Assembly (NCBI RefSeq): GCF_018977255.1
Contig: NW_024704743.1
Coordinates: 108,502,001 to 108,566,000 of the forward strand
DNA length: 64,000 nt
Origin: Callorhinchus milii
Taxonomy: Eukaryota
Direction of reading: 5' to 3'
A program made the position numbers and the translations under genes. Shown here in pieces: positions 36,956 through 49,700 of the stretch. Under the pieces are notes generated by a model. That model made no database searches. It was not told the origin of the DNA and saw only the letters and a list, made by a program, of their open reading frames with translations. Each line of letters begins with the position of its first letter. Position 1 is the first letter of the stretch.

Positions 36956-37477
36956 GCAGACCAAAGCCCACAGAGCCTCAGCAAGAGAACATTTCAAATT
37001 CCTTCAAATGTAGTAAGAATACCATCCCCTTCAAACCCTTTTTTGTTTCATATATTGCAATGGGAGGTGCACTGCCCCCCCCCCACCCCACCCGACACAC
37101 ACATACACACACACACACACACAAATCTGCCCAGCTATTTGGCTCAGCCCCAGCAGATTAAAGTGCTGCAGACTAAACGCGTGGCCGGAGAGAAATTAAT
37201 CAAAATTCAACAGCCCACAGGATTAACTTAGTAGGTAAATTCCTGTCATCAAATAATCATCAGCAATGTAATATTTGACTTTCATCAAATCAGTCTCAGC
37301 CAAAGTAGCCAGGGATAATAACGGAACTGAGAAACAGCTGTTGTCCACCCCTGTTGTGGTTCCAGCACCTCCTCCCATCGGCTCAGAGGAAAAGCAACGT
37401 CTCCCAGTGCAACGCGACCCCCCTTTGCAGCAAAAAAAACATTTCCAACGCGAAAGCATTTTCTTTCTGCAACAATT

Positions 37478-37592
37478 CCCCTCTCCCCCCCCCCCCTCTC
37501 TCTCTCTCTCTCCCATCCCCCGATCGTTCTCTGTGCCCCCCCCCCCCTCTCTCTCTCTCCCCCCCATCCCCTCTCCCCCTTGCCCTCCCTTC
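37478..37592. repeat. Polypyrimidine (C)n/(CT)n tract with an internal duplication
   Basis: C-run, CT-run and cccatcccc occur twice in tandem. Confidence 0.9.
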
Positions 37593-38068
37593 ACTGTTTC
37601 TGCATGAGTAACATTGCACCCAATTCCGAAGCACAGATAGATCTATTTGCTGCAGATACTCTGCGTCGCCTTGAGGGTTTTTTTTTGCCTCTTGAACATC
37701 AAAACATTGATCAAACAAACGCCGGGTAATACACTGTATATTTATATATATATTATATATATATGTCTATAATTTGCAATACACAAAAAGAAATCACTCC
37801 TTTGATTCCTGAAGGTCGTTGACACATGGTTACAAATAAGATTTACTTCTCATTATCCCCTTGAAAATGACTGCGAGCCACAGAGAACAATGTAAATTTC
37901 AGTGACTAAATCCCTCCTCTCTATCTCTCCCCCCCCCCCCCCCCACCCCCCCCCCCACCCCAACACACACACACACACACACCTCGCCCGCATTTTATGA
38001 AAATGTGCAACGATTCATATTAAATGCAAGGGTGGGAGGGATTGCACAGGAAAGGGTCACTCTCCTAA

Positions 38069-38232
38069 GTCACTGTCCTTTCTTCTGATACTACATCACA
38101 AATCCTGGACGTAGAATCTCTGTCCTTTCTTCTGGTCTTAAATCACAAATAGAAAATCACGATCCGTTTCTTTCTGATTCGACACCACGAACGGAAAAAA
38201 TCGTGATCCTTTTCCGATTTCGCATCGCAAAT
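38069..38232. repeat. Degenerate tandem repeat, about 4 units of 35-47 bp
   Basis: Recurring tc(a/t)ctgtcctttcttctg…atcacaaat and the variants atcacgatccgtttctttctgatt… and atcgtgatccttttccgatt…atcgcaaat. Confidence 0.6.
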
Positions 38233-39559
38233 ATAGCTCCAGTCACAGGGGTGTTAAATGCTCGTCAAATGCTCTAAGATGAGCAAGATTCAATTTCTGT
38301 GCATAAATATTTTATGGGCAACCACGGTTCTTTTTTTTTGGGTTAAATACAATCAAATGATACCCCCCACCTCCCCCCTTACTTTGGTGGTATTGATGGC
38401 TTCAGCCTGATAGCCTCTCGCAATCCAGCGGTTGGGTTAGAGTGACAACAGTTTGCATAATGCTGACAGGTTTGTATACAATATTCAGCAAAGCTGGATG
38501 TAAATTTCAGCCGATGGACTGAATTGAATAGGATGCGAGGCTGAGGCTGGGGTTAGTTCACAGGCTCTCAAATAAAGAAGAGACAACGTCATACTCTACA
38601 ACGACAAAACCTGAAAACCTGTCGAGGTGATAACCTTCATTTGAAATGTATACATTTACCATTTGGTGGGAGAAACAAATGATATTTTAATTTCTCAAGT
38701 TATTTTTTTTAAAAAAAACACCATCAAAGACGCTGCCATTTACTCAGAAAGCAATATTAGAAAAAAAAATACTGCCCCTCGATTCATTTTAAATACAGAT
38801 TCAGAACCAGAAGGATTCCAAAGCTTCCCATATTATTTTGACTGGCAAACGTAAAAACTGGAAAGGACCAGAACATTCTCTTTGATTCATTTGAATAAAG
38901 GCACGTAGTAAAATTTGAGTATAATAGTCAACATGCAACTAAATATACCTACTCCTTTCACAAGGGTGCTATGTCTGTTAAATACAATTATATTACCATG
39001 GAGCCATTAAAGCTACCATCATCCTCAAAGATTAAATTGATAATTGCAGCTTTGTAGAAAGCCCCAGGTATACTAGAGTAAATGTTATATATTTCTTTTT
39101 GTTATGGTTTGGAAGAGAAAATTTAATGTAAGCAGCACAATTAAGGTGGATGCTCCTGATTTAATGTAAGGCACTGCTCAACATTTGCAACCTCTCCCAA
39201 ATTACTTGTAATATAAAGCCACGCAGGGAACAGTCCTTCTTAAATCCCAAGGCCTAACAGGTTTACTTTAAATTAAATTTTGCAGAATACTAAGTCTATT
39301 ACAGGAAATTAGGAAGAACTAACATCTCAGCATGGCTATCACTCACTTTTATTGAGTCTTTTTGACTAGCCATTCTGAGCTTCATGTGCACCTGTCGATA
39401 AACTGCAATTCATTGTTAAGAGTTGTGTTGACAAATTGGGGCACATTAATGCTCACAGTAGCTGCCCAAGGCAGCCGCACAGGAGAGCAGACCAGCTTCT
39501 CTCTCTCTCTCTCTGACACATACACCCAGACCCACACACACACCCTTTACACTGAAAGT

Positions 39560-39667
39560 ACAAAATATACAATCAATCCACTTTACAGTGTATTTCTGTG
39601 AAGTGCTTTGAGACTCCTCTACGACATGATTAGGTGCTATATCCAAATGTAAGAATTATTATTATTT
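39560..39667 (+). mobile_element. SINE 3' tail
   Basis: cactttacagtgtatttctgtgaagtgctttgagac…gtgctatatccaaatgtaagaattattattatt. Confidence 0.75.
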
Positions 39668-40759
39668 TAATCAGATTGATACATCACAAAGCAACTCATT
39701 CAGAGGCCAAAACAGCATCAGAAATATAACAATGTCATTTTGAAGAGGGAGATAGGGGGAGGTGGGCAAAATCCTACATTTATGTATTACTATTCTGTTC
39801 AGAATTGGATGCCCTTCATTAAGCCAACCTATGGCATGACTGACCCTTTAAGGAACATTGAAAAATAGTCTTGCCTAAAGTTGGTTAAGATGGACAAAAA
39901 ATGATGCACATGGCAAGAGTGATGTTATTATACCAATTATAATATATATGGTATATTATTATCCCAGTTATTAATATGTTATTATCTCAGTTATACCACT
40001 GAGAAATGAGAAGAAATATATTTAAACAAATGCCAATACCTGTGTATTGCCCCAGTATGGTTTACAAATAGTGAAAGATGGGGTTTGGAGGGAGGAGAGG
40101 TGTGCAAAAGGAATACTCTGGATGAGAAATTCTTCTTACCACAATAGGTAGCAATTCGAGTGTATGTGTTTGGAATGGGATTTTTCTATTATAAAAGCAG
40201 GATCGGAAAAGTCACTACACTTAGTGGCAAGAGATACGTTCTCCGATGCCACATTTGATATAGAGATTCGTCGGCTTCAGTTTACAGTCTTAACAGCCAA
40301 ACTCACCAGCATCAGAGCTCTCCAACCAGAGAGAGATGGCGAAGGGGATCTTACAGCGATAGTTTTGAATGTCGTTCAGGAGGGCTTGTCTTGTTGCTGA
40401 AGATGGTGTGACAGTTTGACGGACTTTGGCCGTGGGCTGGTCCATGATGCAGGCCTTCCTGGCGGTCCAATGGAGGAAGCATGGCAACAAGAAATGGTGG
40501 TGAAGGAAGAAGGAAGACATTACAAATCTGTCTAGAGGTCACAAGAACACAAGAGAGTTACATAGGATTGAGGCCCTGCAGCCCACTTGATCGCATCCAT
40601 CTTGGATACCCATCCTATCATCATCCCATTGCTGTTAGCTAACCACTGAAGAAACCCTTATCTAATCTATCTTCCTAGTTTATCTCTCAAGTAGTGGGGA
40701 TATGCCACATTGCATTTCTCTTGACTGTCTGTCTCTAGAGTTTGGATAACTGCCTTATG

Positions 40760-41208
40760 TTGCATTGATTTTACCTTCAAATTTTCAATTTTCATCATTC
40801 TCACCTTCAAAGCCCTCCATGGTCTTGCTCCCCCATACCTTTCTGACCTCCTAACCCCAGATCAGACTGTCCGCTCCCTCTATTTGGCAGACATCGGCCT
40901 GCTTCAGGTCCCCCACACTTCCCGTCCCACTGCTGGAGATTGGGCATTCTACATCTCTGCTCCACACTCTGGAACTCTATCCCGCAATCCCTCAACCTCA
41001 CACCCTCTCTTGTCTCCTTCAAGTGCCATCTAAAGACCTTCCTCTTTATCCGTACGTTCGGCCACTTTCCCACCCCTACCTGCTCTGCCGTTCAACTCTC
41101 CTGACCCCAATCCCAGCCTGGGTCCAAAAAAAAACCAACTGTCCAGCGCCCTGGGTCATCTTTCTGACGTGAAGTGCACTATACAAGTATAATTTATTGT
41201 TGTTGTTG
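40760..41208 (+). mobile_element. L2 LINE 3' fragment
   Basis: ctcaccttcaaagccctccatggtcttgctccccc (LTFKALHGLAP) is nearly identical to 12527-12562; LWNS…FKCHLKTFLF; tail gcactatacaagtataatttattgttgttgttg. Confidence 0.92.
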
Positions 41209-42006
41209 ATTAGAACTGGGCACAGGGAAATCCTGATCAGAGTACTGTACGCTTTGAGGATGAGTGAATTCAGGGATCTGAACTAAATTACAATAATTGT
41301 TGCTTTTCACTTGTTTTAAAAATTGACAGAAATTTGTGTTCTTTCTACGTAATCCAACTTAGTTGAACATGCCATAGACACGTTCACACCAACAATAAAT
41401 TCAGCAAGTGCTAAAAATGCAGGTTGATCAGCATCTGAAAGAGGAAAATAGGTGAACATTTGGGATGTGACCTTTCATCAGAATTGTAATATACAACAAC
41501 TTGCATTTACTGGAGCGGAGGATCACATGGCAATGATAACTGGTCTTTCTCATTCATATGTTAATGAACCGTCTGTCCATCACAAATAGCTCTTTTAGTT
41601 TCCACTTCCAGCATTAGGGTTTTCCTTACAGACCTGAAATTCCACCTAATCTTGGTCTGGAAACAGTGGAAATTGTGGAAAGCTCTCCAAGTTGGTTTTA
41701 ACCTGGAAGTTGGTTTCTTTTTGAGAATTGCAGCAAAAATTAAGACTGAATTTAAGAATTTTCTACAATTCTGCATCATCTTAAGGCAAAACGGTCTTGC
41801 CGAATAAGACAAAGTGGCATTTTAGACTTTACATTTTTAAAGAAGTGCAATGTACACTTTTACAGAAGCACTACATATTACCACACACAACCACCCACAA
41901 CCATTCCTTTGACATGGACCTTAAATTTGCTTTAGGTGAGTGCTTTTCTCTGCTGTAGGCATAATGTCTGGCTTTCTTGTATAGGCCCAGCTTATATTAA
42001 TGGTGT

Positions 42007-42315
42007 AGAATCCTTGCATTTGATATGGAACCTCAGTACATTGTCAATATGTCTCAAGCTACATCACAGGATTTTTTTTTGCTTTGAATTGTAGTCTGTG
42101 TGTAAATAGACAATTTGCTCACAGCAATATTCCAGCAACAATCCTGAAATGAATGATCAATTTTTTACATGGGGTCTGTTGTCCAGGACATCAGGAGAAA
42201 CTCCCCCCTCTTTTTGAGTAGAGTCATGGGATCTTTAACGTCCACCTGAACAAAATGGGATCTCCTACAAAGGGCAATGCAGCTCCAGCACTACATTGCA
42301 GTGTCAGCCTAAACA
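42007..42315 (-). mobile_element. Deu-domain SINE fragment
   Basis: aatccttgcatttgata…ccaggacatcaggagaaactcc…catgggatctttaacgtccacctgaaca…gtgtcagcc. Confidence 0.8.
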
Positions 42316-43464
42316 TGCAGCAAATATAGAGATAGCCCTTTGTCCTAATTGTGGTGTTTATTTTAAAAAATAGTTGACATCTAACTCTACCTTTCTGACC
42401 TCCCACTCGACCTTTCTGACCTCCCACTACCTCTTACACTCAGTCTTTATAAAATACTTTGAGACATTCTCCTTTCATGAAAGGCACTTTATAATTGTAA
42501 ATTGTAGTTGCAGTTAAAATGAATATCTAAATAGATGCATCATTCTGTTCACTTTAGAAAAAAATTGCCCAAGTTAGTTTTTTGTTTTTCCATTTCTAAG
42601 ATCCAAATTTACTTCTGTTTTGAATATTATGATATTACTTCCTTTCCGGATCAAATAAAAGTCAATAGCAAAAAGCAATGTGGACCCTTTGAGATGAGTT
42701 TTTTGGTGACTTTCTAGATGTAGTGTTTTTCTCACTCTTACATTCCATTCATGAAAAATAATTTATATGAATGAGATAGAGTGTTAGAAAGTGAATTTAA
42801 AGTAATGCACAGTGAATTTAAAGTAATGCTATTTTTCTCAAAATAGCCAGAGGTTATCGTCGTGTTGGGTGTTGCCTCTTGATACAGGACTGATCACTGC
42901 AGCCCTTTTACAGGGTTAATAGGTCCATTGTTGAACAGAACCAGGGTAAAGGGCTTGTAAAGAACTCAGAAGCAGCTGGCTCGATTTAAGGGAATATGGT
43001 CATTTAATTTTCATCAGAGATATACACAGCTGAAAGTCCAGCAATGACCAAATCCTTGGGGGCGGCGGGGGGGGGGGGGGGGAGAGAGAAACGGCTTAAT
43101 AAACGTGCAGAAAATGATATAAATTAGGTGCAAATATGTTCTGAGATATTCCAATGGCCGGATTACTGTCCATCAAATTAACAGGCTGTTTTATAAGAGT
43201 TGGTGTCCTTTTTATAACAGCCAGTGGTTCAAATAAGTATTATGGTTTTATGCTAGTCTTCATTCAATGATCTTTTATCTGCAGAATTATTGGGAAAAAT
43301 GCCATTGACTTTCATGATCCATTACCGTGATCAATGTTCAGAATATTCAGATTTGAATAGTAAAGTTGCTTTTTTTCTTTTCTTTCCTGCTTAGTCTCAT
43401 CTCTTCCATTACTATTAGAAAGCGGCATTTTTTTCTCATCTATTTTCTTATTAAATTTTCTCAT

Positions 43465-43700
43465 TCAATTTTCTCCCCCTCTTCTTTCCTGAAGAATTTG
43501 ACTCCCTTTTTCTTTCCACTGATGTAGAGTTTCCAAGGAGCTTCAGGACCTTATTTAAATGGTCATTATTCATGTGTGAGTTTAGACAGTAAGCGTTAGC
43601 TGGACATTTGGATCCCTGAACCATTGCAAAATCAATATTGTCCTCACATAGATGCTACACAGGCATTGCTCAATTAGGGGGCCTACTCGACAGTCATCAA
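43465..43700 (-). mobile_element. AmnSINE2-like 3' relic
   Basis: ttttctccccctc…cctgaag…gactcc…ggtcattattcatgtgtgagtttagacagtaagcgtt…gtcctcac, collinear with the 30310 element. Confidence 0.45.
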
Positions 43701-43739
43701 GTGATCTGATGACTTAACTTCAATTGCAAATTAATATTG

Positions 43740-44075
43740 ATTTGATGTAGCACTTTATCACTTCAACATGTCTCAAAGTGCTTCACAAAGTCTTTCTGTA
43801 AAGTGTAATGAGGATCTGTGTATTAGTATGTAAACGCGGCAGCCAATTTAGGCACAGTGGTGCCCCACAAACAGCCATGAAGGGAATGATGTTTTTTTAA
43901 TCTTTTTGAGGGAATCGTTGGCCAGGACACCGGGATCTTACTGAATAGTGCCATGGGATATTTGATGTTCAATAACCAATACACCTGAACAGAATCTCCG
44001 TTTAACGTCTCATCTTTAGGATGACACCACTGACAATGCAGCGCTTCCCCTAGTACTGCACTGAAGTGCCAGCAA
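43740..44075 (-). mobile_element. Deu-domain SINE fragment
   Basis: ctcaaagtgcttcaca…aaacgcggcagccaattt…ccacaaacagcca…gttggccaggacaccggg…gtgccatgggat…tttaacgtctcatc…gacaatgcagcgct. Confidence 0.85.
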
Positions 44076-44114
44076 TTACCACAAGCCTGGAATCCCACTT
44101 TGTCCTTGTCTGCT

Positions 44115-44265
44115 AACACCATTTTGTTTTTTTGAAAAATGATTGCGTAGAATTCTGTATAATTCTTGAATTCAGTCTTAATTTGGAAACTGCAGAGAAA
44201 CATCTTCTGACGTAAGACTAAATTAAAGAATTTTTCACAATTCTGTGCAATCTTAAATTTTAAAG
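44115..44265. mobile_element. Palindromic MITE family B
   Basis: gattgcgtagaatt…aattcttgaattcagtctta mirrors taagactaaattaaagaatt…aattctgtgcaatc; similar to 27550-27935. Confidence 0.65.
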
Positions 44266-44440
44266 TCTCCACAGGCTAAGGTAAAGTGAAGGGGAGTCTG
44301 CAGAAAAACTTCTTTAAATATCTTTTAATGTTAATTGGGTCCAAAAATAGCTATCACCATTTGCAATGAGCTCTATCAAAAGTGCCCTGTGTATACGTCT
44401 GAGCAGAAACTAGCAGCAGTAATTGCAGAATCAGCAGCAC

Positions 44441-44679
44441 TTCCACAATGCAGCAGACATCCTGAAAGCACAGGGAATTGATAGACTGCACTCACGCAGT
44501 CATTCGTGCATCCACAAGAAATCCCATGGCATACCTGAATCGCAAAGCATTCCACTCTTTGAACGCCCAGTGAGGTTTTAACCACACAGAGAAGATAATA
44601 ATGCACTCTAATGCTCAATACCCAGGAGGAGCCCATGACTCTTCCTTACTGAGGTCAGCAACAGTACCTGACTTGTTTG
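44441..44679 (+). pseudogene. Fossil PIF/Harbinger (HARBI1-like, DDE_Tnp_4) transposase fragment
   Basis: From 44481 reads IDCTHAVIRASTRNPMAYLNRKAFHSLNAQ*GFNHTEKIIMHSNAQYPGGAHDSSLLRSATVPDLF, matching the Harbinger motifs G.IDCTH, Y.NRK..HS.N.Q and YPG..HDS; a +1 frameshift precedes IDCTH and there is one in-frame stop. Confidence 0.88.
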
Positions 44680-45110
44680 TAACAATCCTTGCATTTGATA
44701 GGGTGTTTTATCACATTGTCAAGACATCTCAAAGTTCTTCACAGGATTTTACTCTGAAGTGTAGTGACTGGGTATTTGGAGGTGAAAATGGCCGACAATT
44801 TGTGCACAGCAAACAGCCATCAAGTTAATGCTGTATTTTATCTGGGGATTTGTTGATCAGGGCAACCACTCGCTTCACTTTTTGAATAGTGATATGTAAT
44901 TAAGGTCCACTTGAACAGGCAGACAGGACCTTGGTTTGACATCCCATCTGAAGAACGGCACCTCTGATAATGTGCTGCCCCTCAAGCACTGCACTGGACT
45001 GTCAGCCCACATTGTGAATTCAAAGTTCTACCTTGTTGGTGTACACAGCAGCCAATTTGTGCACAGCAATGTCCCACAAATAGCCATGAAGTGAATGATC
45101 AATTTTATTT
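44680..45110 (-). mobile_element. Deu-domain SINE fragment(s) truncating the Harbinger relic
   Basis: aacaatccttgcatttgata…gtccacttgaacaggcagacaggacc…gcactgcactggactgtcagcc, then a second piece cagccaatttgtgcacagcaatgtcccacaaa. Confidence 0.8.
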
Positions 45111-46039
45111 TATTGCCCTTACTCACCAAGTGTCCACCCATACTTTTTTTTAAATGCTCCAATTGACTCTGAAACTACTCAAGAGAGCCTATGCTCTGAT
45201 TCTGGCTCACCTCCAACGCACAGCAAAATTTCACACACCACAGCTGGATCAACCTTGGATTAATTTAAACTCTTTAAGGTACAGTACTTGAATTGTGACA
45301 ACATGTTTCACTGCAGATGCCTTGTCATTGGCTGCTACTTGGGTGTAAACTTGTAACACGGTTCAGTTAAACGCGCTGAGCAGCATAGAGTAGGGTTTCC
45401 AATGAGATGCCTGCACACAGACCAGTTACACTAGCTTTCCCGTACATTTTCAATACTTAGAGGACTGTCACTGCCTCCGCTTTTTAAAAAAAATTGCCGT
45501 ATTCATTTCTGACTATTCTGACCTGCAGCTTGCTTAATTCTGCAACAAGAAAGAGTGAACAAGAAATACGTTCTCGATGGTGAAGCAGCTGATGGATTCT
45601 GGAAGCAGAATGATGCTCCCACTGTGATTTAAAACCACAGCAGTCCCTCACCGTCACTCTGATCCACTGCAACCACTAATAAAACAGAAGCTCTTTATAG
45701 ATTCCACAGTTTTAGAGAAACTGGAGATACTACTCCCACATCCTGCTGATCACAATAACATGTTTTTGTATGGCTCCCCACAGACAACACTACACTGTAC
45801 TTTAAGGTACATTGCATTAAAGTACAGCATTGCATTGCAAGTGCTGGCTTCTTTTCATGAATAGTATTTTGAAACCCTTTAGTATTGCAGTTGGATTGCT
45901 GTCTGCATTACATCTATTTAATGTTCTGAAGTTCAAGCAAATCTTTCTGTTCGTCAAAACGAATTCAAATCCTATCCCTTCCATATGAACCCATTAACCA
46001 GTTATCATGTAAAATTGTAAGAAATCAATTCTGATGCAT

Positions 46040-46336
46040 TTTGCACACAGCAATTTCCCACAAACAGCCATGTTTGGTCATTGAATTGGTTATTGAATGA
46101 CCAATTTTATCTGGAAGATTGCTGGTCAGTACATTAGGAAAAACTCCTTTCTCTTTTCGAAGCGTGCCATAGGATATTTGATGCCCACACGAACAGGCAG
46201 ACAGATCTCTGACAATACAGTATTGGACTTCATTGGAGTGTCAGCCTCGACAATGAGTTCAGTCCTGATGTGAGGCTTGAACCCACAACCTCCTGACTCA
46301 GAGACAACAGTGCTACCAACTGAGCCAAGCTGATAC
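46040..46336 (-). mobile_element. Deu-domain SINE including the tRNA head
   Basis: ggcttgaacccacaacctcctgactcagag…gtgctaccaactgagccaagctgata is the reverse complement of the head at 33754. Confidence 0.85.
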
Positions 46337-46514
46337 CTAAGATCTGGATGGATTGGACAAACACTGCAGGCAGGCTATGCACAGATTAATTCTGTAGACA
46401 ATTAATTCATACACCACTGTTATATCAAAAGCGGTTAAACTAACATACCCACAAAGAAAGCTACAGAGGAGATTAAGTCCAAACATACTAACCACAAATT
46501 TTAGTTAGAATCTA

Positions 46515-46700
46515 AAGGAGTTTCTTCCAGTGTCCTGGCCAACAATCCCCCAAATTAAATTGGTCATCCCATAGCTGCTTGTGGGACTTTGCTGTGCGCA
46601 AACTGGCTGCAGCATTTCTCCCATAAAATACACAATCAATACACTTTATAGTATATCCTGCAAAGCGCTTTGAGACGTCTTGACAACATGATAAAGTGCT
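46515..46700 (+). mobile_element. Deu-domain SINE 3' half
   Basis: ggagtttcttccagtgtcctggccaacaatcccc…gctgtgcgcaaactggctgc…aaagcgctttgagacgtc. Confidence 0.8.
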
Positions 46701-49700
46701 AAGTCTAAACTCTTCATGTTAATTCTTTTAGCTGTCTGTTAGCAAACAAAGAAAAGCTTCACCCATGTCCCTAAAGCCATAAATAGGTAGCGAGGCCTTC
46801 CGTGGACAAATGAACCCCAGACCTTCTTGCTGCACACGCTCCTTATCAGATAATTTCTCATTGGCTAATTAATAATGCAACAGTAAATTGCATTTAAATA
46901 AACATTAGCAACCCTGTTAATGAACAAAACCCATCTGCAATTCGTCAAAGTCAGGAGCTCCGAACTCATCTGATGTTCATTAGAATACAGCAGGATGCAT
47001 TTTGATAGGATTTATGTACATTATAATTTGCATTTTTTTAAAAAAAGGGAATGCATATATACCATGATTAGTGCGTGCTAAATATATCAGTTGACCTAAG
47101 ACAATATCAGACCTATTGAATTCCTTTCTTTCCATTGATTGTACAGGAAGAAGGACATAACCTAGAGGACAAAAGGGTTCTTGAGAATGATCAGTACAGA
47201 AATGATAGCCAGGGAGTTTAAAATAGCATCAGATGCAAACCTTGCATTCGATGAGGAACAGGGAAATGTAAGCTGTGGCCTCAGCTGACTGCAGGGTAAA
47301 AGCCTTTGCATTTTGGTATTCCTGTTATAACTGGATGTGAAAAATTGTTTTAATAGTCAGGTTGTTTATCTTTACAAAGCAGTTCTTTCGGTGATTTCGC
47401 ACCCAACCCCCACCTTGTCCACAAAGACTTTCTATTCAGAGCTAGCAAAATAAATAGCGATCCGTTTTAAAAATCTTTATCTGGTAAATTTGCTATTTAA
47501 TAATTAGAATCTATCTGCTGGCTTTGAAAAACAATTGTAATTTGACTAAAACATTGTCTTTGAAAAATTAGCCTGAGAGCAATAAAAAAAAGTAGTTCAT
47601 CTTGGATTATTGTAATTTCATAGAGACGTGTGCAACAAAAGAAATGCTGCTTCTTTATAGATGGGGTTTGGAATAGTGATTGTGCTCCTGGCTGCACAAC
47701 AGGAAGGGACATCCGAGTGCAGTTGATTCAGCCAGTTCCTTTGAATCTAATATCATATAGAGCACAGACATTTAGTCAGGGTCAGCTTCCACATGAGCAG
47801 GGGAGAGGAGATAAAATGTTTGTGTTGTGGGAGTGATTTCTGTTCTGCCCATTAATGGTCTCAGCATTACTCCAAGATGCTATCCTGCATGAAGGAAGCT
47901 ATATAAATGTAAGTTGTTTTTGTTGTCGCCTTAGTACAATCCACACACCCTTTGAAAACATAGATTTAGCTCCCTGTGAGGAATATCAGAATCTAAATGC
48001 ATATAATGCCTTGCTTCAATTTTGAAAAATCTTATTTATTTAAATCAGCTTTTTTTTGCAATTCATTTCCCCGCCCCCCGTACTTTTTTTAAAATTTGAT
48101 TTATAATTTGAATTACTTAAAAAAAAGCAAAACAGTCAGCAAGATGTATTGGGAATGTGCTGGAATATTTAATTGTTTCATGAAAATTGACATTGAAATA
48201 TTCTCCACCAACTGTCTAATGTACTTTCATCTCAAATTGAGTCAAAAATAAATGGTTCACCTACAAAATATAGTCACTGCAATTTGCAAGTTATAGTAAA
48301 TCCTGTGAAGCGCTTTGAGACATCTTGACAATATAATAGGCATTAGATCAAATGAAAGGATTATTATTATTAATAAATGTGTCTACGTTTTTAAATGCCT
48401 AAATTAGAAACTTTTAATAGAGTTTGTTTTAATGTATTTTGACAATCTCATTGTTATTCATCACCAATGAGTAAAAGACCTAAGTGCTTGATTGCCATTT
48501 TCATATCAGCACTCCAAAAGTAGCCAAACAGTTGGCAGAAAAAGGACACAGTGCAAATAATCGTCAGTGTTGATTGGAATGAATAATTACAGCTGTTAAG
48601 AAATATAAGAGCGAGCATCCAGATGCAGATGTTCGAGACCTTCCTGTTGTAACTGGGTGAAAAGTCTTCAATGATAATGACACAAACCCCACCAGTCACA
48701 CAGAATGGGTTGGTGTGTAATTGAGCCAGCAACACAAAATTGAGCAAAAAAAAGAGTGCAATATTCGCTTGAAAAGAACTGATAGTTCAAAATGTTCAGT
48801 TCGTAGTGGCAGATAGATTCCTGTTTTTTATTCATTTTCGCTTATTAAATGAACAGAGGTGTAGGTTTAATAGAGGTTACACAAGAACAATGTTAAATAA
48901 TGGAAGTAGAGAAGACCAAAGAAATTATACAAATTAGACCGAACCTAACGACAGCGCTGAACCTAATTATCATAAAACACACATAATCATATGTTATGTT
49001 CGTTAGGTTTCATTTGTTAGCAATGAACTCAGTTAAATTATGTTATTTGGCAGGCAATGTGACACATTCATTTCTTTGACTAGAAATTGTCCTTCAAGTG
49101 ACTTTGAGAGTTTGTACCAGACAGATCCCTTGGTACCTTAAGGAATAATAGGGCAACATGGTGTCAAACATAAAGTCACAATCTAAAATTGCATGGATAT
49201 TAATGGCACATTTGGGANTTTTTCCTGGTCTATATGTGTATGATCAATAGCATGCAAGTGAAATTCCCAGAAATTGATGTAAGTGGAGAAAATAGATAAC
49301 TCTAATGTTTCCAACTGATATTTCCTCATCGTTTGCTTGGTTTTATTTTTAACATTATCAATAGAGGGATAGAAATTCCGGTTAAAGGAATGTTAAGGGG
49401 TGTTGATGGTTGTACCTGCAGAAGGAGGTATCACAAGGTTCTGCAGAAATATTATCCTAGAGCGAGTGGGGTATGTAGGGGTGAGCCTATGGACCTCTGT
49501 CTCCTCGTCCACCTCTCTACCCTGGGGAACACACAACTAGGGGGTCCTGCTCTCTTTCCCTCTCACACACATCAGATGCACTGAGTCAGGCTAGCTCACT
49601 TATGGCATTACCAGGGATGTAAATATTCCAAATAGTTTGGTTATTATTGTATTATAACTGTTGGCCTTAGACTTTTCTATGTTTCCTTCATGGATACATT

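Noticed and set aside
40164..40542. Overlapping ORFs as a gene or transposase remnant
   Set aside because: No recognisable motif in the frames examined; could be an unrecognised old repeat
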